The notes: generated by a model from the letters alone, not told the origin. A DNA stretch of 64,000 nucleotides from Vicinamibacterales bacterium (GCA_965263055.1 OZ253581.1:553650-617649); one strand, 5' to 3'; shown: positions 1 to 9,606, counted from the stretch's first letter. Program-made: numbers and translations.

Positions 1-321
1 CTCGGCCGTCTCGGCAGTCCGGGCCGCCCGGGGCCGCTGCTGACGAAGACGCTGTTCTTCCTGGGCGAAGGGTCGGACGTCGGCATTCAGACCGGCGGCC
101 GCGTGCCGGAGGGAATGCCGCACGCGATCGTCACCAACTACGGCGAGCCGTGGTTCCGCGCCTACGACAAGCGGACGGGCGACCTCGTCTGGGAGATGGA
201 GCTCGAAGCGGGGACCACCGGTGTGCCGATGACCTACCTGCACGAGGGGAAGCAGTACATCGTGGTGCCGATCGGGGGCCAGAACGTTCCTGGCCAGTGG
301 GTCGCGCTCAGTCTGCCGTAG
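1..321 (+). CDS. PQQ-dependent (quinoprotein) dehydrogenase, C-terminal fragment; the gene starts upstream of the window
   Basis: Frame 1 is open from nt 1. The translation (...GPLLTKTLFFLGEGSDVG...NYGEPWFRAYDKRTGDLVWEMELEAGTTGVPMTYLHEGKQYIVVPIGG) resembles the last propeller blade of quinoprotein dehydrogenases. This is from recollection only. Confidence 0.55.
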   Translation, partial: LGRLGSPGRPGPLLTKTLFFLGEGSDVGIQTGGRVPEGMPHAIVTNYGEPWFRAYDKRTGDLVWEMELEAGTTGVPMTYLHEGKQYIVVPIGGQNVPGQWVALSLP

Positions 322-910
322 CGCGCCCTGAGGGGCGCGGCGTCGCACGCTCCGTAGCCCTGTCGTCTGTAGCCGAGGGACGCCGGCCGTTCGCGCCGTG
401 GCGCTGCTCGTGCGCCAGCAGCCGTTCCTTGGTCGGCAGGCCGCCGCCGTACCCCACGAGCGTTCCGTCGGTGCCGATCACGCGGTGGCACGGAACGATG
501 ATGGCGATCGGGTTGTGGTGGTTGGCGCCGCCGACGGCGCGCGAAGCGGTTGGTTGTCCGATCCGTCGCGCCAGCTCGCCGTAGGAGATCGTCTCGCCGT
601 ACGGGATCCGCTGCAGTTCCCGCCACACCCGGCGCCGGAACGGCGTGCCGGGGTTCAGTGCGAGCGGCACGTCGAACGTCGAGCGGGCGCCGGCGAAGTA
701 CTCCTGCAACTGCTGTTTCGCCAGGCGGATCGGCGCCGGCAGGCTGTCGTAGCACCGGCGCCACGCCGGGTCGGGCGGGTTTGACGCCTCCTTCGGCAGG
801 TTCACCTGATCGATCTGCGTGTCGTCGCCGACGATGCGCATCGTGCCGATCGGCGTCTGGAAGTCGTGGTACAGCTTGCCGGCGGGCGCGGTCTTGTTCG
901 TTGTTGGCAA
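308..910 (-). CDS. ogt: Methylated-DNA--protein-cysteine methyltransferase
   Basis: Active-site PCHRV motif (IIVPCHRVIGTDG) and an upstream YGELA.RIG...ARAVG helix-turn-wing segment. 200-aa ORF, convergent with and slightly overlapping the previous gene. Confidence 0.85.
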   Translation of the reverse strand: MPTTNKTAPAGKLYHDFQTPIGTMRIVGDDTQIDQVNLPKEASNPPDPAWRRCYDSLPAPIRLAKQQLQEYFAGARSTFDVPLALNPGTPFRRRVWRELQRIPYGETISYGELARRIGQPTASRAVGGANHHNPIAIIVPCHRVIGTDGTLVGYGGGLPTKERLLAHEQRHGANGRRPSATDDRATERATPRPSGRATAD

Positions 911-980
911 TTGGATGATCCCTTACGTTTCTGATCCTATCCCGGCGTCCGAGGACGCGCCTGTCGCCGGCGCCACCCGG

Positions 981-2255
981 TCAGAACCGGACCCCAGCCC
1001 CGGCGTGGACGCGCACCGATCCGACGAGGTCATGCGCGACGTCGACGTGCACCTGGAAGAGCGGCGCGGCGAGGAACAGCCCCACGCCCGCTCCGTCGAG
1101 AAACTCCGCGCCGCGCATTGGACGGCCCGCGTCCCAGACCGTGGCGCGGTCATAGAAGAAGCGCAACCCGGCGCTGCCGGACGAGAGCGGCGACGTCATC
1201 GGCAGCCGCCATTCGAGCGACGCGGCGAGCAATTGGTCGCCCATCCGCGCGCCGACCGGCCAGCCGCGGACCGTCGCGCCACCGCCCAGGAGCGGCTGTT
1301 CGTAGAGCGGGAGCCGACCGGACGCGCCCTCATACAGCAGGCGCGCGGCGACGACCGACTGCCCTGTCACGCCGACGAACGCCTTCGCGTCAAGCCGCGG
1401 CCGCACGATCGACGTCCCACGGCCCGCGATTGCGATCCGTTCGAACGACGCCGCCACCGCCGCCTCGTTGCGCGGAAAGCCGCTGGCAACCGCCGAGCGG
1501 TAGGCCACCCCCGCCTCGGTGCGGGTCAGCCGGTCGACAGCGCCCCCGAACCGCACCTCGTCGCGCGCCAGGGCGGCGTGAAGGCGAAACCCGCGCGGCA
1601 GGCTACGGTCGACGCCTACGCGCACGCCGGTTCGGTCGTCCACCAGTCCGAGGGCCGGATGCCGCCGCCGGCCGCGCGACCCGCTGGCGACCAGGCGATC
1701 GACGATGGGCCCGGGAAGCGGCGCATCCAGCTCGATCGCCGCCCGACGCTCGCCTCCCCAGGTGGCCGGCACCGACAACCGGCTCCTCTCACCCGCGACA
1801 TCCAGCAGGCTGAACCGGGCGCCGTAGGTCAGGCCGTAGCCCTCCTCGTAGCGCATCACCGGCAGGAACATCGTCTGCCGCGCGAGACGGGTCAGTGCGC
1901 GCAGCACGCGGTTCCGGACCGAGGCGGCCGGCCGTTCGCGCACGACGATTACCAGGGCTACCCTGTCGGTCGCGGTCAGAGACCGGTACCGCTTCCGCAC
2001 TTCCACCGTCGCGAAGCGGCCGCTCGCCTCCAGACGGTCCGTCACCGCGTCGATCAGGTCCGGCGTGACCACATCGCCCAGGGCGACGCCCGCCAGGGCC
2101 AGCACCTCGGTATCGGGGGTCGAGTGGTTGCCGTGAACGCGAAGGTCGACGACCGTCTCCGCGGCCGGTGACGGCGCGGTCTGCGCCGCCGCCACGGCCG
2201 GCAGGATCGATCCCGCCGCGGCGGCAAAGAGGCAGGCCAGGCTGCGCAAGCTCAT
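981..2255 (-). CDS. Omp85/BamA-family outer-membrane protein (one POTRA-like segment plus a surface-antigen beta-barrel)
   Basis: Signal peptide MSLRSLACLFAAAAGSILPAVAAAQ. POTRA-like VVDLRVHGNHSTPDTEVLALAGVALGDVV..LIDAVTDRLEASGRFATVEV. C-terminal alternating-strand pattern ending in ...GAGVRF (terminal aromatic residue). Confidence 0.7.
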   Translation of the reverse strand: MSLRSLACLFAAAAGSILPAVAAAQTAPSPAAETVVDLRVHGNHSTPDTEVLALAGVALGDVVTPDLIDAVTDRLEASGRFATVEVRKRYRSLTATDRVALVIVVRERPAASVRNRVLRALTRLARQTMFLPVMRYEEGYGLTYGARFSLLDVAGERSRLSVPATWGGERRAAIELDAPLPGPIVDRLVASGSRGRRRHPALGLVDDRTGVRVGVDRSLPRGFRLHAALARDEVRFGGAVDRLTRTEAGVAYRSAVASGFPRNEAAVAASFERIAIAGRGTSIVRPRLDAKAFVGVTGQSVVAARLLYEGASGRLPLYEQPLLGGGATVRGWPVGARMGDQLLAASLEWRLPMTSPLSSGSAGLRFFYDRATVWDAGRPMRGAEFLDGAGVGLFLAAPLFQVHVDVAHDLVGSVRVHAGAGVRF

Positions 2256-3802
2256 TGCCCGGGCGGATCAAGCGAACGGATCCGGCCGCCGCTCTCCGCT
2301 TCGCGGTAGTTCGTGTAGCGGCGTGTCCCGTGCATCTCGTACCGGCCGGTGGCAAGCGAGAGCGCGGCCCGCATCTCCATCTCCGCCGGCAACCAGACGC
2401 CAGCGAACGGCCGACGCATGGTCATCGACGCCGTCATCTCGTCGAGACGAAACAGCCAGCGTCGCGGCAGGAAGTCGAATCCGAGATTCTCGAACGTATA
2501 GCGGACGATCTGATGCTCCGCCGGATCGATCCAGAGGGTCACCAGCGCGATCTTGTCCATGTCGCGCTCGATCTCGCGTTGCCGCGCGTCATCGTCGCTG
2601 TCGCCGGCGTCGTCCGGGTCGGTTTCGTCGTCACTGAACATCTGTTCGGGGTAGTACTCGATCCGGACGACGTCGCGGCCATCGAGCGTCTCGCGTCCCA
2701 CCAGGTAGTAGCGCCCCGGTTCGAACTCGAAGTCGAGAAAGTAGGAGTCGGAGACGAAGCGCGGCTCGAGGCCGTCCCACCCGGGATCCGAACCCGTCGC
2801 GGCGGCCGCCGTCCCGGTCTCCTCGGTCCCGCCCGACGCGTCGCGTCCATCGTCGGCCGGCGCGTCGGCGCCGGCTGGCGCTTCCGGCAGGGCGACCAAC
2901 GCGCGGTTCGCCTCCCGGAGCGCCGCGACCCGTTCGCGGCCGTCCACGCCGTCCGTCTCCGCCCCCGCCGCCAGCGCGTCCACCACCGCGGCGTCGACCG
3001 GTGCTATCCGCAGGCCGTCGCGCACCGCCAGGTCGAACAGTTCGAGAAACTGCGCGAACTCCGCGTCGGTGGCCGACCCCGCGGCGGGCGCGATCTGCGC
3101 GACGGCCCCATTGAGCATCGCCCGCACCTCGTCGCGCGTCAGGCGCTCCTCCTCCAGCATCGAGAAACCGGCGCGAGCCTGGGCGACCGCTCGGCCGAAC
3201 CCGACCGAGGCAATACCCCCGCGCGACGCCAGGATCCGGTCCGCCGCGGCGATCATCGCGGCCTGGCCGTCGTTCCAGTCCCTCGCCTGTTCCGCAATCG
3301 CGTCGAGCAGCGCCTCGTCGACTCCGCCGCCCCACTCCCGTTCGATCGCGATGCGGACGTTGTCGCGCGCCGACCGCCGCGACCAGCGCGCCGGCGACTC
3401 GCGATCCCGCTGCCGGCGCCGCGCGCGCCGCGCCTCCCGCCGAAGCCAGTCCGCTTCGTACTCGCGACGCTCGGCCTCGCCGATAGCGACGCCATCGAGC
3501 CGAACCGGACTTCGGATGAAGACGCCGTCCCGCTCATACCAGGTGTAGTCGCCGCGCATTCCCCAGAGCGGAACGCCTCCGGGTCCGCTCAACTGGATCT
3601 CGGACGTCTCGTCGAGGATGTACTGCAGCCGTGCCGCGGCGTTCTCCTCCCGCTTCGCGAGCACCTGCTCCATGAAGCGGTCCAGCTCGTTGTCGGCATC
3701 CGGCTGGCCGGCACGCGGTGCGTCCGACGGCGAAAGCGTCAGCGCCAGGGCCACGCCGATCGCGGCAGCGGACCCGCTCCGCGTCGCACGCTTCAGGATC
3801 AT
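2252..3802 (-). CDS. Secreted hypothetical protein, translationally coupled to the Omp85-family gene
   Basis: 516-aa ORF with an N-terminal signal-like segment (AAAIGVALALTLSPSDA). Its stop overlaps the downstream start by 4 nt. It has Arg/Glu-rich and acidic low-complexity inserts. I recognise no family. Confidence 0.5.
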   Translation of the reverse strand: MILKRATRSGSAAAIGVALALTLSPSDAPRAGQPDADNELDRFMEQVLAKREENAAARLQYILDETSEIQLSGPGGVPLWGMRGDYTWYERDGVFIRSPVRLDGVAIGEAERREYEADWLRREARRARRRQRDRESPARWSRRSARDNVRIAIEREWGGGVDEALLDAIAEQARDWNDGQAAMIAAADRILASRGGIASVGFGRAVAQARAGFSMLEEERLTRDEVRAMLNGAVAQIAPAAGSATDAEFAQFLELFDLAVRDGLRIAPVDAAVVDALAAGAETDGVDGRERVAALREANRALVALPEAPAGADAPADDGRDASGGTEETGTAAAATGSDPGWDGLEPRFVSDSYFLDFEFEPGRYYLVGRETLDGRDVVRIEYYPEQMFSDDETDPDDAGDSDDDARQREIERDMDKIALVTLWIDPAEHQIVRYTFENLGFDFLPRRWLFRLDEMTASMTMRRPFAGVWLPAEMEMRAALSLATGRYEMHGTRRYTNYREAESGGRIRSLDPPGQ

Positions 3803-3838
3803 CCAGCCACCCGGTTCCGGGTTCCCCCGTTCCAGCCC

Positions 3839-4813
3839 TCAGCCGGCCGGAATCGACACCAGTCCGAGCGCAATGCCGACACCGATACCGGCAGCATAGA
3901 GCGTGTAGAGCGAGAGGAGTACGATTCCCGCCGGACGCCGGACGACGCGGTACTTCAGCACGACGGCAATCACCGTCAGGAAGAAGACCGCCATCCAGGG
4001 AAAGCCGTAGCGCTGACTGAAGAGATCGAGGTTGAGCGGTTCGATCGCGCTGGAGAGGCCGACGACCAGGAAGAGGTTCAGGACGTTCGCGCCGATGATG
4101 TTGCCGAGCGACAGGTCGGGCACGCCCTTGCGCGCCGCCGTCACGCCGGTGACCAGTTCCGGCACCGACGTCCCGAGCGCGATCACCGTGAAGCCGATGA
4201 CCGATGACGGAACGCCCGCCGCCAGCGCGAGGTTCTGCCCCGAGGTTACGAGGAAGTAGCTGCCGGCCAGAACGCAGCCCCCGCCGACCGTGAACCAGGC
4301 GACCGCGCCGGCGAGTCCCGCCCGGTCTTCGGCACTTGCCTCCGACGCCGCACCGTTCCCCCGCGACCGGAGGATGCCGAACAGGTCCCAGCCAAGGTAG
4401 CCGAATGCGCCGGCCAGCAGCACGCCGCCGAAGATCCGTTCCATCGACAGATCCCAGGAGAAGCCGACCACAAGCAGGCCGCCCGCCACCATCCAGGTTG
4501 CGCGCCGGACGAAATCGGACCGGTCGACGTCGACCGGCATGATCAGTGCTACCGCGCCGACGATCAGCCCGATGTTGCAGATGCAGGAGCCGACCGCGTT
4601 TCCGAGAGCCATTCCCGGATCGCCGCGCAACGCGGCGGTAGCCGACACCACCAGTTCCGGCGTCGTCGTCGCCAGGCTGACGAGCGTGCCGCCGATGACG
4701 ATCCGCGGAATCCTGAGCGCCTTGCCGATCTTGATGCTCGAGTCGACGAACAGGTCGCCCCCCTTGGCGACCAGCGCAAACCCGACAGCGATGAACAGGA
4801 GGTCAATCAACAT
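3839..4813 (-). CDS. CaCA-family Na+/Ca2+ exchanger (YrbG-like)
   Basis: Two alpha-repeat signatures: GGTLVSLATTTPELVVS and ALGTSVPELVTGVTAARKG. Polytopic membrane profile. N-terminus LVAKGGDLFVDSS. Confidence 0.85.
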   Translation of the reverse strand: MLIDLLFIAVGFALVAKGGDLFVDSSIKIGKALRIPRIVIGGTLVSLATTTPELVVSATAALRGDPGMALGNAVGSCICNIGLIVGAVALIMPVDVDRSDFVRRATWMVAGGLLVVGFSWDLSMERIFGGVLLAGAFGYLGWDLFGILRSRGNGAASEASAEDRAGLAGAVAWFTVGGGCVLAGSYFLVTSGQNLALAAGVPSSVIGFTVIALGTSVPELVTGVTAARKGVPDLSLGNIIGANVLNLFLVVGLSSAIEPLNLDLFSQRYGFPWMAVFFLTVIAVVLKYRVVRRPAGIVLLSLYTLYAAGIGVGIALGLVSIPAG

Positions 4814-4920
4814 CTTATTAACATATACGTGCTTATGTATTAATAACAGGGCCTCCGACTAAGTTCACGTATTAATAGTTATGCCACTACATATTACTAT
4901 GGTAGAGTTCGTCTGGCGGA
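4814..4920 (-). promoter_or_regulatory. AT-rich 5' leader/promoter region of the CaCA exchanger with repeated GTATTAATA / TTATTAACATA half-sites
   Basis: About 100 bp of strongly AT-rich DNA in an otherwise GC-rich window. Imperfect inverted repeat CTTATTAACATA-N8-TATGTATTAATAA, plus a third GTATTAATA copy about 30 bp away. There is no SD directly upstream of the ATG at 4813. Confidence 0.35.
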
Positions 4921-4976
4921 AGGCTGCCCTCCAGTTGGGCGCGCGCTCGCTGCTGCCGATCATGTGCGCGCCGGTC

Positions 4977-5663
4977 TCAGATGCCGAGCACCAGTACCGC
5001 GGCCCCGCTGGCCGCAACCACCAGGCCGGCGGCGACGTCAGCGTGGCGCTGAAGCAGGTCGACGCCGACCCGTCCCGGCCCGCCGAGCGGCGCGGCGGCG
5101 AACCAGCGGGCACCGGTGCAGCCGGCCGCCACCGCCGCGAGCATCACGGCGACCGTGAGCAGGCCGAACACCGCCACCACGGCCAGAACCGCAATCCAGT
5201 CACCGGCGATCCCGGGAACCATCATCAGCGGGATCAGCGGCTCGCATGGACCAAGGAGGAACACGACGAACAAGGCGCCCGGCGTCACGCGGCCGTCCGC
5301 GGCAGCACGCCGGTGCGCGCCGTCGAGGCCTCGAAAATGGCGCCAGATGGCCCACGCCGCGTAGGCCAGGCCGAAGCCGATCAGCAGCGCCGCGGCCAGT
5401 TCGCCGCGCGCCGACTCCAGCCACAGCAGCCGGTCGGTCGCCATCCCGAGACCGACGCCGAATGCGCCGATGACGACGGAAGAAGCGACATGTCCCGCCC
5501 CGCACACCGCGGTCACGGCGAGCGTGCGGCCGAGCGTCCAGCCGCGCGCGCGGCCGAGCGCGACGAACGGCAGCGAGTGATCGATGCCGAGCAGCGTGTG
5601 GATAATCGCGAGCGACGCGGCGGTGCCGAGCAGCAGGGTGGTCGTCTGAATCGGATCGGGCAT
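4977..5663 (-). CDS. HupE/UreJ-like membrane protein (putative Ni/Co uptake)
   Basis: Six predicted TM segments. The N-terminal motif IHTLLGIDHSLPF fits the HupE/UreJ H-x3-G-x-D-H signature. Start chosen at the internal Met (MPDPIQ), nt 5663. Confidence 0.45.
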   Translation of the reverse strand: MPDPIQTTTLLLGTAASLAIIHTLLGIDHSLPFVALGRARGWTLGRTLAVTAVCGAGHVASSVVIGAFGVGLGMATDRLLWLESARGELAAALLIGFGLAYAAWAIWRHFRGLDGAHRRAAADGRVTPGALFVVFLLGPCEPLIPLMMVPGIAGDWIAVLAVVAVFGLLTVAVMLAAVAAGCTGARWFAAAPLGGPGRVGVDLLQRHADVAAGLVVAASGAAVLVLGI

Positions 5664-5823
5664 GATGCGGTGAGAGCGGTACGATGGATCCCTGTGCCGG
5701 GGCCACCCCAACGTCAAACGCTACACTATTCTCGTGACTCCGGCCGAAACCAGGCTGCCCGGGAGCGCCGGTCCGTCCGCCGGTCGGTGCGCCGGTCTCC
5801 AGACCGGCACCCTCGAAGACCGC

Positions 5824-6624
5824 ATGACCCGCCTCCGGCAGCTCCTCCGCGAGTTCGACCGCGCCGTTGTCTGCTTCTCCGGCGGCGTCGACTCCGGCTA
5901 CCTGCTGGCCGAGGCGGTCGGCGTACTGGGTGACCGGGCGGTCGCGCTGACTGCGGTTTCACCCAGCCTGGCGCCGGAGGAAGGAGCCGCCGCGCGCGCC
6001 CTCGCGGAGCAGCTCGGCGCGCGCCATCTGCTCGTCGAGACGGCCGAGGTGGACGACCCCCGCTACGCCGCGAACCCCGTGAACCGCTGCTACTTCTGCA
6101 AGACCGAGGTGTACGGCCATGCCGTGGAGGAAGCCGGGCGCCTGGAAATCCCGCATGTCATCGACGGCTTCAATGTCGACGACCGGGGCGATGTCCGTCC
6201 CGGCCGCCAGGCGGCTCGGGAACTGGGTGTCCGCTCCCCTCTCGACGAGATCGGCTTCACCAAGGCGGACATCCGCGAGGCGGCGCGCCGGATCGGCCTG
6301 CCCGTCTGGAACAAGCCGGCCCTCGCCTGCCTGTCGAGCCGCTTCCCGTACGGGACGGCGATCACGCCCGAGCGCCTGACGCAGGTTGCCGGCTGCGAAC
6401 GGGTGCTGCACGAGCGCGGGTTCAGCGTCTGTCGGGTACGGTACTTCGGCGAGGTCGCACGCATCGAGGTGGCGCCGGAGGAAGTGGCACGGCTCACCGG
6501 CAATGCGGCGCTGCTGCGTGAGGTGACTGCCAGGTTCCGCGCCGCCGGGTTCGTGCAGGTGGAGGTCGATCCGGACGGCTACCGCTCCGGCGCGATGAAC
6601 GAGCTGCGGCAGGTGGCGCGATAG
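5824..6624 (+). CDS. larE: ATP-dependent sacrificial sulfur transferase LarE (PP-loop ATP pyrophosphatase)
   Basis: PP-loop FSGGVDSGYL. Conserved NRCYFCK and ACLSSRFPYG motifs. Start at MTRLRQLL (5824) rather than the track start at 5734. Confidence 0.8.
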   Translation: MTRLRQLLREFDRAVVCFSGGVDSGYLLAEAVGVLGDRAVALTAVSPSLAPEEGAAARALAEQLGARHLLVETAEVDDPRYAANPVNRCYFCKTEVYGHAVEEAGRLEIPHVIDGFNVDDRGDVRPGRQAARELGVRSPLDEIGFTKADIREAARRIGLPVWNKPALACLSSRFPYGTAITPERLTQVAGCERVLHERGFSVCRVRYFGEVARIEVAPEEVARLTGNAALLREVTARFRAAGFVQVEVDPDGYRSGAMNELRQVAR

Positions 6625-6631
6625 CGGCGCG

Positions 6632-8212
6632 TCAGAGCGCTCCGACCGTGCGGAACATCTGATCGACAGGAACGATGCGCGTGCGCTCCGCCGTGAACGG
6701 GAGCTCGTAGCTCTCGATCTCGGCGTCCTCGGCACGGATCGCCTCGGTCACGTCGGCGTTGTAGGCCGGGGGCGACGGTTCGTTCGCGAGCAGGGCGTCC
6801 CGGAACGCCTCGGCGTCGCGCGTGACGACGGCGACGGCCAGGCTGTCCGCCTGCAGGTGCCGGCGGATGGCGCCATTGACGTCGTCCAGGGTCAACTCCG
6901 GCAGGCGAGCGGCGATCTCGTCGATGAAGTCGCCGGTGCCGTAGACGGAAGAGTCCATGCCGTAACCGAGCCGCCGGCCGGTGGTCTGCACATACAGGCG
7001 CGAATAGTTCAGGAGGAACTCGCGCGTCGCCTCGAAGTCTTCCTGGCTCAGCCCCTCGTCCACCAGGCGGCGCAGCTCGCGGATCGCCTGGCGGAGTGCG
7101 AAATGCGCGTTATGGTGCGGCACCGGACGGATCCAGATGCTGAAGAACTGCTGGCTGCGCGGGACGTTCGGGACCGGCAGGCGCGACCCGCCGTCCTGGA
7201 TGAAGTTTTCGATGTAGGAATAGTCCCCGTAGTTCAAGCCGCGCGCGCCGCGCATCACGTTCATCAGCAGGCCGCTGAACGTCCGGTGCTCGCCGAAGTA
7301 CGAGTTCGCCACCATCAACGGGAAGAAATCGTCGTCGGCGCGCGTGATGTCGACCGGGAAGCCGATCGAGATCGCGGTGGCGATCGCTTGCTTCTCGACA
7401 ATCAGCAGCTCGTAGCCGTCCGGCCCGGTGGGCGCCGCGATGGCCGCGCGTGCCCCCTCCCCTGCCGGCAGCGCGTCGAGGATCTCGGTCTCGATCCGAT
7501 CGACCAGCCCGTCGGGGTAGCCGCCCCCGATACCGACCAGCGCACGGTCACGCGTGTAGTGCGACGCATGGAACGCGCGAACATCGTCGAGAGTGAGTGA
7601 CGCCAACCCCTCCTCGGTGCCGATGGACGGCGCTTCGTACGGATGCCCCGCGTGCAGCAGGACGTTCAGCGCCTGCTTGCCCAGTTCCTCGTCGTCGCTG
7701 CCGCGGAGGCCGGCGGTCACGCTGTTCACCAGGAAGTCGCGGTTCCGGTCGAAGTCGGCCTGATCGAAGCGGGGCGCGGTCACGAGGTCGCGCACGATGG
7801 CAAAGAACGGGTCCAGGTGGTCGACGTGCACCTCGCCGACGAGCACCGTCATCTCCTTGTCGGACTGCGCACGGATCGCCGCCGACCAGGGGTAGAGCGC
7901 CTCGGTGATCGCCTCGTAGTCCATCGACGTCGTGCCGCCGCGCCCGAGCATCAGCGCGGTGAGGGCGTTCAGCCCGTTCTTGCCGGGCGGGTCGTCGACC
8001 GAGCCGGTCCGGAACCCGATCCGGAACGTGACGAGAGGCGAGTTCGCCACCGGCAGCTCGACGACGCCGGACCCGCCAGCAGCCCCGCCGCCGTTGCCGG
8101 GGTCCGACGGGCCGCAGGCGGCCACCGCGACGGACAGGATGAGGGCGGCAGCGGGTAGCAGCGAATGCCGGCGTGGACGCCGGCGCACTATCCGCCGGCG
8201 CGGCCCGGTCAC
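6632..8212 (-). CDS. M16-family (pitrilysin-like) peptidase subunit without an HxxEH motif
   Basis: 526-aa secreted protein with M16 N/C-domain-like sequence. No zinc motif seen. 4-nt overlap with the upstream M16 gene. Confidence 0.75.
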   Translation of the reverse strand: MTGPRRRIVRRRPRRHSLLPAAALILSVAVAACGPSDPGNGGGAAGGSGVVELPVANSPLVTFRIGFRTGSVDDPPGKNGLNALTALMLGRGGTTSMDYEAITEALYPWSAAIRAQSDKEMTVLVGEVHVDHLDPFFAIVRDLVTAPRFDQADFDRNRDFLVNSVTAGLRGSDDEELGKQALNVLLHAGHPYEAPSIGTEEGLASLTLDDVRAFHASHYTRDRALVGIGGGYPDGLVDRIETEILDALPAGEGARAAIAAPTGPDGYELLIVEKQAIATAISIGFPVDITRADDDFFPLMVANSYFGEHRTFSGLLMNVMRGARGLNYGDYSYIENFIQDGGSRLPVPNVPRSQQFFSIWIRPVPHHNAHFALRQAIRELRRLVDEGLSQEDFEATREFLLNYSRLYVQTTGRRLGYGMDSSVYGTGDFIDEIAARLPELTLDDVNGAIRRHLQADSLAVAVVTRDAEAFRDALLANEPSPPAYNADVTEAIRAEDAEIESYELPFTAERTRIVPVDQMFRTVGAL

Positions 8213-9606
8213 GGCCGTTCCTCCTGTGTCATGACGACCACCGTGCGGTTGTTCGGGGCGAAGTACTCGGTCGCCACCTGCTGCACTTCCTCCGCGGTCA
8301 CCGCATCGTACAACCGGTAGACGCGGTTCACCGTCTCCGGATCCTCGGTCAACTGCAGGTAGTGCCCGAGCGTCCGTGCGATGTCACCCGGGTTGTTCAG
8401 TCCCATCGCAAAGCCGTACCGCATATGCGACTTGGTCGCCGCGAGCACTTCCGCGTCGACCGGCTCGGTCTTCATCCGCTCGATCTCGGCGACGATCGCG
8501 TCACGGACGTAGTCGATCCGCTCCGGGTCAGTGATCCGCGCAATGATCGTGAACAGCGGTGCGTCGCGGCTGTCGAGCGCGCTCCCCTGCACGACGTCGA
8601 CCACCTGCTCCTCCAGATACAGCTTCCGGAAGAGCGGCGATGTCTCCGAGAAGAGCAACTGCGACAGGACGTCGAGCGCCGGCATGTCGATCCGCTCGTC
8701 CGAGAAGGCGGGCGCGTGGTAGCCCATCATCAGCCACGGCAGCGTCGGGTTGGGCCACGTGATGCGCGCCTCGTGCGTATCGGTCTGCGGCGGCTCCCGC
8801 GGAATCTCCGGAACGAAGCTCCCCCGCTCCCAGCCGCTGTAGTACTGCCGGACGAGCCGCTCGAGCTCCGCCGTGTCCGCGTCCCCCACGACGACGATGA
8901 TGCAGTGCTCCGGCCGGTAGTACCGGTCATAGAACTGCAGGCTGTAGTCGTAGTGGTTCGGCATGTTCTGGATGTCCTCCAGCAGGCCGATCGTGGTGTG
9001 TTTGTACGGATGCGTCATATAGGCCAGGTCGTGCAGCCGCTCGCGCAGCAGCGAGACCGGGTTGGAGAAGTTGAGGTTGTACTCCCCCAGGATCGCCCCC
9101 GCCTCCGTCCGGAAGTCCTCCTCGGTGTAGCGCAGGTTCATGAAACGGTCCGACTCGAGATCGATGATCGTCTCCAGCGCGTCGGCCGCGGCGACGTAGT
9201 GATACGCCGTCCAGTCGCTCGTGGTGAAGGCGTTCGAGTCCGCTCCCATCACCTTCACCGCCTCGTTGTAGGCGTCCGTCGGGTACTTGTCCGTGCCGCG
9301 GAACATCATGTGCTCGAAGAAATGGGCATAGCCGGAAAAGCCCGGCTCCACCTCGTTCCGCGACCCGGTCCGGACTACCGTGTAGTAGGCGATGACGCCG
9401 GGACTGTCGTAGTCGATGGCCACTACCTTCAGGCCGTTCTCCAGCTCGAAGGTAGTAACCGGGAACGGGAAGACATCGGCGCGGTCCTGCCCGGCGGCCG
9501 GCGCCACGGAGACACCGGCCCCCAGCGCGATGACCGCCGCCGCGGCAAAGGCGCGCGCGTGCGCCAGCGCAGGCTCCCGCCGCCGCACCCTCCGCCTCGT
9601 GCTCAT
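8209..9606 (-). CDS. M16-family zinc peptidase, catalytic-type subunit
   Basis: Inverted zinc motif HFFEH followed by MMFRGT. Signal peptide. 465 aa. Confidence 0.85.
   Translation of the reverse strand: MSTRRRVRRREPALAHARAFAAAAVIALGAGVSVAPAAGQDRADVFPFPVTTFELENGLKVVAIDYDSPGVIAYYTVVRTGSRNEVEPGFSGYAHFFEHMMFRGTDKYPTDAYNEAVKVMGADSNAFTTSDWTAYHYVAAADALETIIDLESDRFMNLRYTEEDFRTEAGAILGEYNLNFSNPVSLLRERLHDLAYMTHPYKHTTIGLLEDIQNMPNHYDYSLQFYDRYYRPEHCIIVVVGDADTAELERLVRQYYSGWERGSFVPEIPREPPQTDTHEARITWPNPTLPWLMMGYHAPAFSDERIDMPALDVLSQLLFSETSPLFRKLYLEEQVVDVVQGSALDSRDAPLFTIIARITDPERIDYVRDAIVAEIERMKTEPVDAEVLAATKSHMRYGFAMGLNNPGDIARTLGHYLQLTEDPETVNRVYRLYDAVTAEEVQQVATEYFAPNNRTVVVMTQEERP

Noticed and set aside
5775-5815. 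On the minus strand, the palindrome reads GGTCTGGAGACCGGCG, which resembles the cobalamin-riboswitch B12 box (AGYCMGGAGACCKGCC). It lies upstream of a putative Co/Ni transporter.
   Set aside because: In real cobalamin riboswitches the B12 box is near the 3' end of a ~200-nt aptamer. Here it would be at the 5' end, and the rest of the aptamer would have to overlap the larE coding region on the other strand. I also saw none of the other conserved aptamer elements. The resemblance is most likely coincidental, arising from a simple palindrome. cmsearch with RF00174 would settle it.
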